Assembly (NCBI GenBank): GCA_963754875.1
Contig: CAVWHO010000019.1
Span: 83,328 to 147,327 of the forward strand
Source of the DNA: Nitrospirota bacterium
GTDB taxonomy: Bacteria > Nitrospirota > UBA9217
Direction: 5' to 3'
Length of the DNA: 64,000 nucleotides
The translations under genes were made by a program, and so were the position numbers. Positions 19,972 through 29,605 of the stretch are shown piece by piece. A model generated the notes under the pieces. The model saw only the letters and a program-made list of their open reading frames with translations, made no database searches and was not told the origin of the DNA. How positions within the stretch are numbered: the first letter of the stretch is position 1; each line of letters opens with the position of its first letter.

Positions 19972-21368
19972 TGCAGACCGTACCGAGGCTGGTGATTTCA
20001 GCCGCGAGAGGCGGGCTCGGCAAGACGACCCTGTCCCTCGGCATTGTCACTGCCTGGAGAAGGCGGGGGCGGCAGGTTGCGGTTTTTAAAAAAGGACCGG
20101 ATTTCATTGATGCGGGCTGGCTCGGGGTTGCAGCAGGAAGACCCTGCTATAACCTCGATATGTTCATGATGGAGCAGGATCGCATCGAGCGTTCTTTCAC
20201 TGACCATGCAGCTGGCGCAGACGCGGCAATCATTGAAGGAAACCGCGGGCTGTACGACGGCGTAGACGAGTCCGGAATTTACAGCACAGCCCGATTAGCA
20301 AAACTTCTGAAGACGCCCGTTATCCTGATCGTCGACGGGACGAAGGCATCCGCGACGGTCGCGGCTGTCGTTCTCGGATTGCAGCACTATGACGCAGACG
20401 TTCTCATCGCCGGGATTATCCTGAACAACGTATCGTCTTTGCGCCATGAAAACGTTATCCGGAAGGCAATTGCAGCGAGCAGCAGCATCCCCGTAGTCGG
20501 CGTCGTACCGAAGCAACGACGCGGCGAGTTTCCTGAGCGGCATATGGGGTTGACGCCGTTCCACGAACACCCGGAAGTAGAGCAGGCGATAGACGCTTCA
20601 GCATCCATTGCAGAAAACCATCTCGATCTTGAAGCACTGTGGAATATCGCGTGTACTGCTCAGGTGATCGAGAACAGGGGAAACACGAAAATCCAGCCGC
20701 CCGTGCGAAAAGAGGACCGGGTCGTTGTGGGAGTCATCAGGGACCGGGCATTTCAGTTCTACTATCCCGATAATCTGGAGGAGCTCGAACGACACGGGGC
20801 GCTGATCAGAGAAATAAATGCATTACATGACAAGAGACTGCCCGACGATATCGACGCCCTCTATATCGGCGGGGGGTTTCCTGAGACACAGGCTGCGGAG
20901 TTGGCGGCGAACCGGGGTTTTTGTGCATCGCTCAAAGCCGCAGCAGAAAACGGAATGCCCATTTACGCGGAGTGCGGTGGTCTGATTTACCTGGGGAGGA
21001 GCCTCACCGTCGGCGGTGAACGATATGCCATGACGGCGGTGCTGCCGCTTGATTTCGTTCTTGAGAAAAAACCCCAGGCGCACGGGTATACGATACTGGA
21101 GACCAACGACAAGAGTCCGTTCCTTGACAAGGGAGTCACTATTCGCGGCCATGAGTTTCATTATTCTCGGGTCGTCAATCTTGACGGTTTGCCTCCCATG
21201 GCGTATCATGTTTCACGGGGCAGCGGCATTGACGGGAAAACCGACGGTATTGTGTATAAAAATGTACTGGCATCATATACTCATCTTCACTCCCTCGGCA
21301 CACCCGAATGGGCGCCGGCTATGATTCGAAGCGCCCTTGGGCATCGAACAGTGAAGCGGCCCGCATAG
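19971..21368 (+). CDS. dsrN: Siroheme amidase DsrN (cobyrinate a,c-diamide synthase family)
   Basis: GKTT, KKGPDFID, EGNRGLYDG, ERHMGL, YAECGG, GHEFHYS; dsr context. Confidence 0.9.
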   Translation: MQTVPRLVISAARGGLGKTTLSLGIVTAWRRRGRQVAVFKKGPDFIDAGWLGVAAGRPCYNLDMFMMEQDRIERSFTDHAAGADAAIIEGNRGLYDGVDESGIYSTARLAKLLKTPVILIVDGTKASATVAAVVLGLQHYDADVLIAGIILNNVSSLRHENVIRKAIAASSSIPVVGVVPKQRRGEFPERHMGLTPFHEHPEVEQAIDASASIAENHLDLEALWNIACTAQVIENRGNTKIQPPVRKEDRVVVGVIRDRAFQFYYPDNLEELERHGALIREINALHDKRLPDDIDALYIGGGFPETQAAELAANRGFCASLKAAAENGMPIYAECGGLIYLGRSLTVGGERYAMTAVLPLDFVLEKKPQAHGYTILETNDKSPFLDKGVTIRGHEFHYSRVVNLDGLPPMAYHVSRGSGIDGKTDGIVYKNVLASYTHLHSLGTPEWAPAMIRSALGHRTVKRPA

Positions 21369-21381
21369 AAGGCAGGTATTA

Positions 21382-21747
21382 TTGAGGTCCGGACCAAGGG
21401 AAGGTAGGGAGCCGGTTTGCCCTTTTTGCAAGGCCAGCCTGGCTCGCCCGGCAACGATGACCGTTAATAGGATGGAACGGGTAAGCGGAGGAACGTGCGG
21501 CACCTGCGGAGCGATGTACATTGTCGATCCCACGAGCAAGAACGTGGGAGAGGTGATGATGCAAGCTCTCGGCATTGCGGCGGAAAAACTGTCGAAGGAC
21601 ATGTCCGACCTCGTTGCGGGAGAAGATTACGAAGATGCATTGCTCAGCTATGATTGGCGGACGCATCGATCGCCCGGCATCAGCAAAGGCTTTATGGATG
21701 GGTATGGACGGTTATATATTATCAAGGTGAAACAGAAGCCGGCCTGA
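21382..21747 (+). CDS. Hypothetical Zn-ribbon-like protein (CPFC...CGTC)
   Basis: Two CxxC pairs; TTG start after GAAGG; between dsrN and dsrC. Confidence 0.75.
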   Translation: MRSGPREGREPVCPFCKASLARPATMTVNRMERVSGGTCGTCGAMYIVDPTSKNVGEVMMQALGIAAEKLSKDMSDLVAGEDYEDALLSYDWRTHRSPGISKGFMDGYGRLYIIKVKQKPA

Positions 21748-21852
21748 GGTGCGGTGTTATAGTTTGAATGGGTTATCGTGTAGTTTCAGAGATGTACTAT
21801 TAGATGAGGGACCGATGAGGCGTCCGACTATTTTCATGAAAGGGGAACAACA

Positions 21853-22188
21853 ATGGGAACGGTTACAGTAAAAGGCAAGACTATTGAAGTGGATGAAGAC
21901 GGATTTTTGGCGAATCTGGACGAATGGAGCATGGACATTGCCAAATATTTTGCGGAGGTCGAAGGAATCGATATGACGGATCAGCATTGGGAAGTCGTCA
22001 ATTTCCTCCGCGACTACTACAAGCAGTATCAGATTGCGCCGATGATCAAGATCCTCGTAAAGGAAATCGGCAAGAAGCTGGGACCCGAAAAAGGCAATAC
22101 TAAGTATCTGTATGAGCTCTATCCGGGTGGCCCGGCAAAGCAGGCATGTAAAATCGCCGGTCTTCCGAAGCCTACGGGCTGCGTGTAA
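21853..22188 (+). CDS. dsrC: Sulfur carrier DsrC with both C-terminal cysteines
   Basis: DEDGFL, HWEVV, ends ACKIAGLPKPTGCV (C-X10-C). Confidence 0.97.
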   Translation: MGTVTVKGKTIEVDEDGFLANLDEWSMDIAKYFAEVEGIDMTDQHWEVVNFLRDYYKQYQIAPMIKILVKEIGKKLGPEKGNTKYLYELYPGGPAKQACKIAGLPKPTGCV

Positions 22189-22373
22189 GATCGTTTCTCC
22201 TTGTTCTATCTCCTGCCGGCAGCCTTACCTGTGGAAGGCCGACCGGACAGAGGGATCAAAGATTCCGGTCGTCCCTGTCTAGCGCATGCACGAGAGCTGC
22301 CGCAGTTTCCGTGCGACTGTGTTTTCGATACGGAAGCGTTGCATGTAGGCGCTGAAAGAGAAAGGTATCAATC

Positions 22374-22559
22374 ATGTACATGGTAACCGTTGACAAGAAC
22401 AAGTGCGATGGAGACGGCACCTGCGTAAATGTGTGTCCGCAGTCCGTGTTCAAAGTTGAAAGCGGCAAAGCCGAGCCGGTGAATATGTCGGAATGCATTA
22501 ACTGTCTGACCTGCGTGGAAAGCTGCCCGCAGCAGGCTATCACGGTCTCCGAGATCTAA
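22374..22559 (+). CDS. Dicluster ferredoxin 1 (CxxDxxC + CxxCxxC)
   Basis: CDGDGTCVNVCP and CINCLTCVESCP. Confidence 0.93.
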   Translation: MYMVTVDKNKCDGDGTCVNVCPQSVFKVESGKAEPVNMSECINCLTCVESCPQQAITVSEI

Positions 22560-22581
22560 CGCAGTGAAAGACCAGTACACC

Positions 22582-22619
22582 AAAAGGGGATAGTTGAACG
22601 ACTAGTCCCCTGTTTTTTT
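22582..22619 (+). terminator. Probable intrinsic terminator after dsrC-fdx1
   Basis: GGGGA-TAGT-TGAACG-ACTA-GTCCCC followed by TGTTTTTTT. Confidence 0.65.
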
Positions 22620-22648
22620 ATCATGATATCGCCCAGGGAGGTGAGAAG

Positions 22649-22948
22649 ATGAAATTAGCATTATTCTTAAGCGACTGGAGAAGAACGGAAGACAGTTTTG
22701 AAAGAATTAAAGCCGACAAGATGGGAGTAATCCTCGTAGGCAATGGTGTCTATCATGCCGTTGTCAAAGAGAACGGCAAGGATTCACCTGTGCTTTCCAA
22801 GGCAGGGGCGAGCTTTTACGTGCTGTCCGATGATCTGACCACGAGGGGATATACATCTGCAAACGTCAACTCAAAAGTGAAGGTTGTCAGCTACGGCGAC
22901 ATCGTCGATCTTATAATGAATGATTACGAGAAAACGGCCTGGATATAG
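22649..22948 (+). CDS. dsrH: DsrH/TusB family protein
   Basis: VILVGNGVY, YVLSDDLTTRGY, VSYGDIVDLI; contains no Cys. Confidence 0.85.
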   Translation: MKLALFLSDWRRTEDSFERIKADKMGVILVGNGVYHAVVKENGKDSPVLSKAGASFYVLSDDLTTRGYTSANVNSKVKVVSYGDIVDLIMNDYEKTAWI

Positions 22949-23032
22949 GACGATAAACAGAGGTGAGCGAGGGGCAATGCCGGATAGGATATGCGCTCCC
23001 TCATCCATCATACAAAGGTTAAGGAGGATAGA

Positions 23033-23392
23033 ATGGGAGAATTAACGATAGGAGTATTCTCTTCCCTGGTCGGTTCGATGTCGCTTGATTTTTCGTTCAA
23101 GCTTGCCGATGCCGCAATCGCCAAGGGTCATAAGGTGAATATGTGGCTGTCCGGCAATGCCGTCATGATGGCCAAGAAGGGACAGAAGCAGTTCAAGGAT
23201 TACTCGCATAATGAAAAGCTTATGAAGGAACTGATGGGCAAGGGCATGGAAATCACCGTCTGCGAGGCTTGTGCAGAAGCCCGGGGGTACCATAAGGAAG
23301 ATGTTCCGGAAGGCATGAAGCGTGCCAGCATGGACTGGTACCTGGCCAAGACCGTCAAGACCGACAAGCTGCTTCATATCGGAGGTGAGTAA
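23033..23392 (+). CDS. dsrE: DsrE/TusD family sulfurtransferase
   Basis: ADAAIAKGHKV, WLSGNAV, active-site region VCEACAEARG. Confidence 0.85.
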   Translation: MGELTIGVFSSLVGSMSLDFSFKLADAAIAKGHKVNMWLSGNAVMMAKKGQKQFKDYSHNEKLMKELMGKGMEITVCEACAEARGYHKEDVPEGMKRASMDWYLAKTVKTDKLLHIGGE

Positions 23393-23805
23393 TGGGAGCC
23401 GTAAATTTACTATTCGTTGTGCAGAGACCGCCGTACAAGAGCGAGAACCCCCGTCTTGCGCTCACCCATGCCATCGCGAGCCAGACGGCAGAGATCTACA
23501 TGGACGACGGCGATTCCGTTGTCCCGATCATCGTGTTCGTCGGCGACGGCGTCTTGAACGTGGTGAAGGACCAGCAGGCCATGAAGGTCTACGGAGTGAC
23601 GAGCACGGAAAGCCATATCAAGAGCTGCCTGATGATCGACCTCCCGGTCTGGGTCTGCAAGGAAGACATGGCACGGCTCGGGCTCAAAGAAGAAAACATG
23701 ATCACCAATGCCGAGGAGTTGGGCGCCGATATGAAAACAAAGTTCGTCTCCTTCGCCGAGATCCAGAAAGAAATGGATTCAGTGAAACATTTGCTGTTCT
23801 TTTAA
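23392..23805 (+). CDS. dsrF: DsrF/TusC family protein
   Basis: LFVVQRPPY, FVGDGV, VCKEDMARLGL; TAATG coupling to dsrE. Confidence 0.82.
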   Translation: MGAVNLLFVVQRPPYKSENPRLALTHAIASQTAEIYMDDGDSVVPIIVFVGDGVLNVVKDQQAMKVYGVTSTESHIKSCLMIDLPVWVCKEDMARLGLKEENMITNAEELGADMKTKFVSFAEIQKEMDSVKHLLFF

Positions 23806-23848
23806 CGACGCAGCAAACGCTGCAGGCGTGCTTATGACTCACGGGGAA

Positions 23849-24364
23849 ATGAAACTCAACAACTATTTGCTGGGGAAAAAAACCGCCATTCTGAAAAAAT
23901 GGTTCGATGCCGTTGTGGAGACGTATCCCAACGAAACGTCAGCCTTTTTAAAGAAGCAGAAGGCCCAGTTCACCAACCCGGTCGGCTATACGTTCGCGGA
24001 AGGACTCGAACATCTTTTCGACGCGCTGCTCCAGGGGATGCTTCCCGACACCGTCTCCCGGTTTCTCGACAGCATTGTCAGGCTGCGGGCGATCCAGGAG
24101 TTCGAGCCGTCTGAAGCGGTGATGTTCATCTTCCGGCTCAAGAAGGTGGTCCGGCAGGAGCTTGGCAACGAACTTCTGCAACAACAGGAAATCATCGAGG
24201 GACTGGCGACCTTCGAGTCCTCCGTTGACGACCTGGCCCTGTACGCTTTCGATCTTTATGTAAAATGCCGAGAGAAGATTTTTGAACTCAAGGCAAATGA
24301 AGCGAAAAATATGACCTTCAGGCTTTTGCAGCAGGCGCGCCTCATCGTCGACAACCAGGATTGA
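23849..24364 (+). CDS. dsrT: DsrT (RsbRD N-terminal-like)
   Basis: WF..YP, FTNPVG, RLRAIQEFEPSEAV, CREKIFEL; directly before dsrM. Confidence 0.92.
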   Translation: MKLNNYLLGKKTAILKKWFDAVVETYPNETSAFLKKQKAQFTNPVGYTFAEGLEHLFDALLQGMLPDTVSRFLDSIVRLRAIQEFEPSEAVMFIFRLKKVVRQELGNELLQQQEIIEGLATFESSVDDLALYAFDLYVKCREKIFELKANEAKNMTFRLLQQARLIVDNQD

Positions 24365-24420
24365 GACTTAAGGAGCGAGATGGCTGAGGCTGCTAACCTA
24401 AATTGAAAAGAGGTAACGAA

Positions 24421-25413
24421 ATGAAAGCCATAATTTCTTTCATTGCAGTGCTTATCCTCGCAGCGATAGCTTATGTGGGGGTCGAGATGCTGAACGCCCG
24501 ATACGTTTTCGGTGTCGTTATCCCCTACCTGGCTGTTGCGACCTTTATTATCTTCATGATCGTCCGTATCCTAAAATGGGGCAGTTCGCCGGTTCCGTTC
24601 CGTATTCCCACAACATGCGGTCAGCAGAAGTCATTCCCCTGGATAAAGCACAGCAAACTGGAAAATCCCTCCGGCGCTCTCGGCGTGATGGGCAGGATGG
24701 CCCTCGAAGTGCTGTTCTTCCGTTCGCTCTTCAGGAACCTGAAAACGCAGCTGCGGGATGATTCTCAGTTGACCTACGGTGAGGCCAAATGGCTCTGGGC
24801 GGCAGGGTTGGCCTTCCATTGGTCGTTTCTCATTATCCTGATCCGACATCTCAGGTTCTTTACTCAGCAGGTCCCGGCAGCAGTGCAGCTTGTAGAATTG
24901 CTTGACAGCTTCCTGCAGATCGGTGTGCCGCTCCTGTATATAACCGATGCGGTGCTTCTTGGTGCGGTAACCTATCTCTTCATCAGAAGGATCGGGCTTC
25001 CTCAGGTCCGTTATATATCCCTCATCAACGATTACTTTCCGCTCTTTCTGATTTTCGGCATAGCACTCTCCGGTGCGCTCATGCGGTACTTCTTTAAAAC
25101 CGACATCGTCAGCGTCAAGATGCTCACGATGAGCCTGGTCAGCTTCAATCCGCAAATTCCCGAGGGGATCGGCGTTGTTTTTTACATCCACCTGTTTCTC
25201 ATCTGTACGTTGTTCGCCTATTTCCCCTTCAGCAAGCTTGTCCACATGGGCGGCGTCTTCATGAGCCCTACCCGCGTCCTGGCGAACAACAGCCGCGTAA
25301 AGCGGCATATCAATCCCTGGAATTATCCGGTGCATGTCCATACCTATGAAGAATATGAAAATGACTTCAGGGCGAAGATGAAAGATGCCGGCCTGCCGGT
25401 AGAAAAGGAGTAA
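24421..25413 (+). CDS. dsrM: DsrM, membrane cytochrome b
   Basis: PVPFRIPTTCGQQKS, FHWSF, RHLRFF, YFPFSKLVH. Confidence 0.96.
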   Translation: MKAIISFIAVLILAAIAYVGVEMLNARYVFGVVIPYLAVATFIIFMIVRILKWGSSPVPFRIPTTCGQQKSFPWIKHSKLENPSGALGVMGRMALEVLFFRSLFRNLKTQLRDDSQLTYGEAKWLWAAGLAFHWSFLIILIRHLRFFTQQVPAAVQLVELLDSFLQIGVPLLYITDAVLLGAVTYLFIRRIGLPQVRYISLINDYFPLFLIFGIALSGALMRYFFKTDIVSVKMLTMSLVSFNPQIPEGIGVVFYIHLFLICTLFAYFPFSKLVHMGGVFMSPTRVLANNSRVKRHINPWNYPVHVHTYEEYENDFRAKMKDAGLPVEKE

Positions 25414-25415
25414 TC

Positions 25416-27035
25416 ATGGCGAAACTTCCGAAACCAGAAGAATTAGCAAAAATTGATTACACGCTGCCGAAAACGGGCTGGATGGATACGCCCGTTGTTT
25501 TTAAAGAGGGTATGTTCTGCCATGGTTCGAAGCCGAAGAGCCTCGAGCTCGTCAGCTTTCCGAACCCCCGAGAGTGGAGACCCGCAGACGCGGACTGGAA
25601 ATTGCCTGAAAACTGGAAGGAGATTCTCCTCAAGGGGATCGCAGAGCGGCTCGAAAAGTACCGGTCCTTCCGGCTGTTCATGGACATCTGCGTGCGCTGC
25701 GGCGCCTGTGCGGACAAATGCCACTTCTTTATCGGTACCGGCGACCCGAAGAACATGCCGGTGCTCAGGGCCGAGCTGATACGCTCAGTTTATCGCAAAG
25801 AGTTCACCCTGGCAGGCAAGATCTTCGGTAAGATGGCAGGCGCGCGCGAGCTTACCATCGATGTACTGAAGGAGTGGTGGTACTATTTCTTTCAATGTAC
25901 CGAATGCCGGCGCTGCTCGGTCTTCTGCCCCTACGGCATCGACCAGGCCGAGATCACGATCATCGGCCGAGAGCTTCTCAATCTGCTCGGCCTGAACATT
26001 GAGTGGATCGCCGGTCCGGTCTCGAACTGCTATATGAAGGGTAACCACCTGGGTCTCGAACCCCATACGATCGTCGGCAACCTCGAGTACATGCTCGACG
26101 ATATCGAGACCGTCACCGGCAAGAGGATCAAGCCGACCTTCAACCGAAAGGGCGCAGAGATCCTGTTCGTAACGCCGTCGGGCGATTTGTTTGCGGATCC
26201 CGGTACGTACACGTGCATGGGATACCTTATGCTGTTCGAGGAACTGGGGCTCGACTATACCTGGAGCACCTATGCTTCTGAAGGAGGAAACTTCGGTTTC
26301 TTCACCTCGAACGAGATGGGAAAGCGGCTCAATTCCAAGATCTATGCAGAGGCCAAGCGTCTCGGCGTAAAATGGATCCTCGGCGGAGAGTGCGGCCACA
26401 TGTGGCGGGTGCTCTCCCAGTACATGGATACCTGGAACGGTCCGGCGGATTTCCTGGAAGTCCCGAAATCGCCGATTACCGGTACAGTGTTCGAACAAGC
26501 GAAATCGATGAAGATGGTCCATGTTGCGGAGTTCACCGCTGATCTGATCAGGAACAATAAGCTCAAGCTCGATCCGAAGCGGAACGACCACCTCAAGGTC
26601 ACGTGGCATGATTCCTGTAACGTTGCGCGCGGCATGGGCATGCTGGAAGAGCCGCGCTATGTGCTCAAGAGCGTGGTGAACAACTTCTATGAAATGCCCG
26701 AAGACACGATACGCGAAAAGACCTTCTGTTGCGGCAGCGGCACGGGCTTAAATGCCTCGGAAGACATGGACCTCCGCATGAAAGGCGGGTTCCCCCGTGC
26801 GAACGCGGTCAAGTTCGTTGCCGAGCACCACGGCGTGAACATGCTTGCCAACGTCTGTGCCATCGACCGGGCAACACTCAAACCCTTGATGGATTACTGG
26901 GTCCCCAGTGTGAACGTATGCGGCCTCCACGAACTCGTGGCGAACGCCCTGGTCATGACAGGGGAGAAGGAGCGGACGACCGATCTCCGCGGCGAACCCC
27001 TCCCCTCTGCCCAAGCGAAGGAGGAAAAAGCCTAA
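25416..27035 (+). CDS. dsrK: DsrK, HdrD-like Fe-S subunit
   Basis: CVRCGAC, CTECRRCSVFCP, GECGH, HDSC, CCGSG, CAID. Confidence 0.97.
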   Translation: MAKLPKPEELAKIDYTLPKTGWMDTPVVFKEGMFCHGSKPKSLELVSFPNPREWRPADADWKLPENWKEILLKGIAERLEKYRSFRLFMDICVRCGACADKCHFFIGTGDPKNMPVLRAELIRSVYRKEFTLAGKIFGKMAGARELTIDVLKEWWYYFFQCTECRRCSVFCPYGIDQAEITIIGRELLNLLGLNIEWIAGPVSNCYMKGNHLGLEPHTIVGNLEYMLDDIETVTGKRIKPTFNRKGAEILFVTPSGDLFADPGTYTCMGYLMLFEELGLDYTWSTYASEGGNFGFFTSNEMGKRLNSKIYAEAKRLGVKWILGGECGHMWRVLSQYMDTWNGPADFLEVPKSPITGTVFEQAKSMKMVHVAEFTADLIRNNKLKLDPKRNDHLKVTWHDSCNVARGMGMLEEPRYVLKSVVNNFYEMPEDTIREKTFCCGSGTGLNASEDMDLRMKGGFPRANAVKFVAEHHGVNMLANVCAIDRATLKPLMDYWVPSVNVCGLHELVANALVMTGEKERTTDLRGEPLPSAQAKEEKA

Positions 27036-27463
27036 TGAAACTCTATGACGGCGGTAAAATAATCGTCGGGCTTCTGGTGTTCATCGGGATAGCGACGTTC
27101 CCCTTTTACTACAACATCGGCAAGGTGAATGCGAAGCCGGATCCGAAAACGGACACGCCTGCGATCCAGGAGTGGGAAAAACTGAATGGAAAAAAAGAGT
27201 GCATTGAGTCCAAGGAGTACATGCGGGCCGAGCACATGCAGCTGCTGAACAACTGGCGGGACGCGGTCGTACGCGGGACCTACCGTCAGTACACGAGCAT
27301 GACGAGCGGCAAGCACTTCAACATGAGCCTGCAGAACGGCTGCATGAAATGCCATTCGAACAAGAAACAATTCTGCGACCAGTGCCACAATTACATGGCG
27401 GTCAAGCCCTACTGCTGGGACTGCCATATTCAGCCGACGGAGAAGGAGGAGAATAAATCATGA
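27035..27463 (+). CDS. dsrJ: DsrJ, triheme cytochrome c
   Basis: Three CxxCH (CMKCH, CDQCH, CWDCH) and MRAEHM; real start is the TAATG overlap at 27035. Confidence 0.95.
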   Translation: MKLYDGGKIIVGLLVFIGIATFPFYYNIGKVNAKPDPKTDTPAIQEWEKLNGKKECIESKEYMRAEHMQLLNNWRDAVVRGTYRQYTSMTSGKHFNMSLQNGCMKCHSNKKQFCDQCHNYMAVKPYCWDCHIQPTEKEENKS

Positions 27464-28290
27464 GCATGGACAGGAGACAATTTCTGAAAATTGCCGGCAT
27501 CTCCTCCATTCTGGGGTTCGGCGCATCGGTGGCATCGGCCACGCATACGGTATGGCAGAAGGGCCTGGAGCCCCCTCAGGTGGAGCCGAACAAGGAAGGC
27601 CTGATTGCAAAGCGGTGGGCCATGGTCGTCGACATGAGCAAGTTTAAGTCCGAGGAAGACATCAACAAGGTCACCAGCGCCTGTCACTTGACACATAACG
27701 TGCCCGACTTCCGGAACCCTGACGGGACGGTAGACAAGAAACTCGAAATCAAGTGGATTTGGGAAGAGCCCTATGAACGGACCTTCCCCGGCTCAGAAAA
27801 TAAGTTTATGAACGAGCACATCAAGGACATGCCCTTTATCGTGCTCTGCAATCATTGCGACAACCCTCCCTGCGTTCGGGTTTGCCCCACCAAGGCCACG
27901 TTCAAGCTTGAAAACGGCGTCACGATGCAGGACATGCACCGCTGTATCGGGTGCCGGTTCTGTATGGCAGCCTGTCCCTACGGGTCGCGGAGCTTCAACT
28001 GGGTAGACCCAAGGCGGGCACTCAAGCCGGAACTGGAAAACAAAGAGTACCCGACGAGGACCAAGGGCGTTGTGGAAAAGTGCACCTTCTGCACAGAGCG
28101 ACTCCAAGTGGGAAAGATTCCTGCTTGCGTCGAAGCCGCTCCCAAGGATGCAATGTTCTTTGGGGACATCGAAGACCCCAATTCCGAGGTCAGGAAGATC
28201 GTGACGTCGCAGCTCACCATCAGGCGCAAGCCCGAACTGGGCACCGGCCCGGCGGTCTATTATCTCATAGGAGGGAGCGACCATGCTTGA
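27460..28290 (+). CDS. dsrO: DsrO, Tat-exported Fe-S protein
   Basis: DRRQFLK Tat signal; CNHCDNPPCVRVCP, CIGCRFCMAACP, KCTFC. Confidence 0.96.
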   Translation: MSMDRRQFLKIAGISSILGFGASVASATHTVWQKGLEPPQVEPNKEGLIAKRWAMVVDMSKFKSEEDINKVTSACHLTHNVPDFRNPDGTVDKKLEIKWIWEEPYERTFPGSENKFMNEHIKDMPFIVLCNHCDNPPCVRVCPTKATFKLENGVTMQDMHRCIGCRFCMAACPYGSRSFNWVDPRRALKPELENKEYPTRTKGVVEKCTFCTERLQVGKIPACVEAAPKDAMFFGDIEDPNSEVRKIVTSQLTIRRKPELGTGPAVYYLIGGSDHA

Positions 28291-29455
28291 GAAAGCATTT
28301 GAGGGAGGGAAGAAATACTGGGCGTGGCTGATCTTTCTCGGCGCCCTGGCAGCAGTAGGCGTATATTACTATATCCAGCAGTTTCAGTATGGGTTGGGAC
28401 TTACGGGAATGCATCGGGACGTGTCGTGGGGCCTGTACATCGGCCAGTTCACGTTCCTCGTTGGAGTTGCGGCTTCGGCGGTGATGCTTGTTATACCCTA
28501 CTATTTGCACGATTTCAAGAAATTCGGCAAGATCGTCATCCTCGGTGAATTTCTTGCAATCTCGGCAGTGACCATGTGCATCCTCTTCATTTTTGTGGAC
28601 ATGGGTCAGCCCATGAGGATCATGAATGTCATCCTGCACCCGACGCCGAATTCGGTCATGTTCTGGGATTCCGTTGTTCTATCCGGCTATCTTGCCATCA
28701 ACGTACTGGTCGGCTGGGTCACCTTGAGCGCCGACCGGAAAGGCGTTCCGCCGCCAAAGTGGATCCGGTTTTTCATCTACCTCTCGATTCCCTGGGCAGT
28801 GAGTATCCATACGGTGACGGCGTTCTTGTACTCAGGACTTCCGGCGCGTCATTTCTGGCTCAGCGCCGTGATGGCGGCCCGGTTCCTCGCATCTGCATTT
28901 GCTGCAGGTCCGGCCCTGCTCATCATCCTTGCCCTGATCGTGAGAAAAATATCGAAATTCGATCCGGGAAAGGAGGCCATTCAGGCAATTGGGCAGATCG
29001 TGGCCTATGCCATGTTTGCAAACGTGTTTCTCCTCGGGCTCGAATTCTTCACCGCGTTCTACAGCGGTATCCCGGGCCATGCGGCCTCCTTCATTTATCT
29101 CTACCAGGGGCTTGAAGGCCATACTGAGCTCGTACCGCTCATGTGGACGTCTACGATACTTGCAGTTGTTGCGCTTCTCCTGCTGGTGTTTCCGGCTGCG
29201 AGAAAGAAGGAAGGCCTGCTCTCTTTAGCCTGTGTGTCGCTTTTTATTTCGCTCTGGATCGACAAGGGGTTCGGTCTGATCATCGGCGGTTTCGTGCCGA
29301 ATCCCTTTGAAGAGGTGCATCCCTACTGGCCGACCATGCCGGAGTCTTTGATCACCCTCGGCGTCTGGGCCATTGGGTTCCTGGTCCTTTCCATGCTGTA
29401 TAAGATTGCAATCTCTGTCAGAGAAAGAACAGCGGGAATAGAAATAGACCATTAA
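28283..29455 (+). CDS. dsrP: DsrP, NrfD-type membrane protein
   Basis: DVSWGLYI, FLVGVAA, WAVSIHTVTAF. Confidence 0.96.
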   Translation: MLEKAFEGGKKYWAWLIFLGALAAVGVYYYIQQFQYGLGLTGMHRDVSWGLYIGQFTFLVGVAASAVMLVIPYYLHDFKKFGKIVILGEFLAISAVTMCILFIFVDMGQPMRIMNVILHPTPNSVMFWDSVVLSGYLAINVLVGWVTLSADRKGVPPPKWIRFFIYLSIPWAVSIHTVTAFLYSGLPARHFWLSAVMAARFLASAFAAGPALLIILALIVRKISKFDPGKEAIQAIGQIVAYAMFANVFLLGLEFFTAFYSGIPGHAASFIYLYQGLEGHTELVPLMWTSTILAVVALLLLVFPAARKKEGLLSLACVSLFISLWIDKGFGLIIGGFVPNPFEEVHPYWPTMPESLITLGVWAIGFLVLSMLYKIAISVRERTAGIEIDH

Positions 29456-29477
29456 GAACAAATACTTGCAGATTTGT

Positions 29478-29513
29478 AAGGGCCCTCCTGATAATAAGGA
29501 AGGGCCCTTTTTT
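29478..29513 (+). terminator. Intrinsic terminator after dsrP
   Basis: AAGGGCCCT-CCT...AGG-AAGGGCCCTT followed by a T-run. Confidence 0.85.
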
Positions 29514-29605
29514 AATCTCAATTTCTTACTTGATTTTATCGGCTCTGCCGGGTAATATATGACGTTTTTGGAATCATACTTCAACTGAAGGAGGAACTAG
29601 GCACC

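Noticed and set aside
19971..21368. Cobalamin pathway CbiA/CobB
   Set aside because: Coupled to dsrD inside the dsr operon with no other cob genes; DsrN is more parsimonious
26729..27034. Long N-terminal extension of DsrJ in the ORF track
   Set aside because: Overlaps dsrK out of frame; the real start is the TAATG overlap at 27035 with SD AGGAGG
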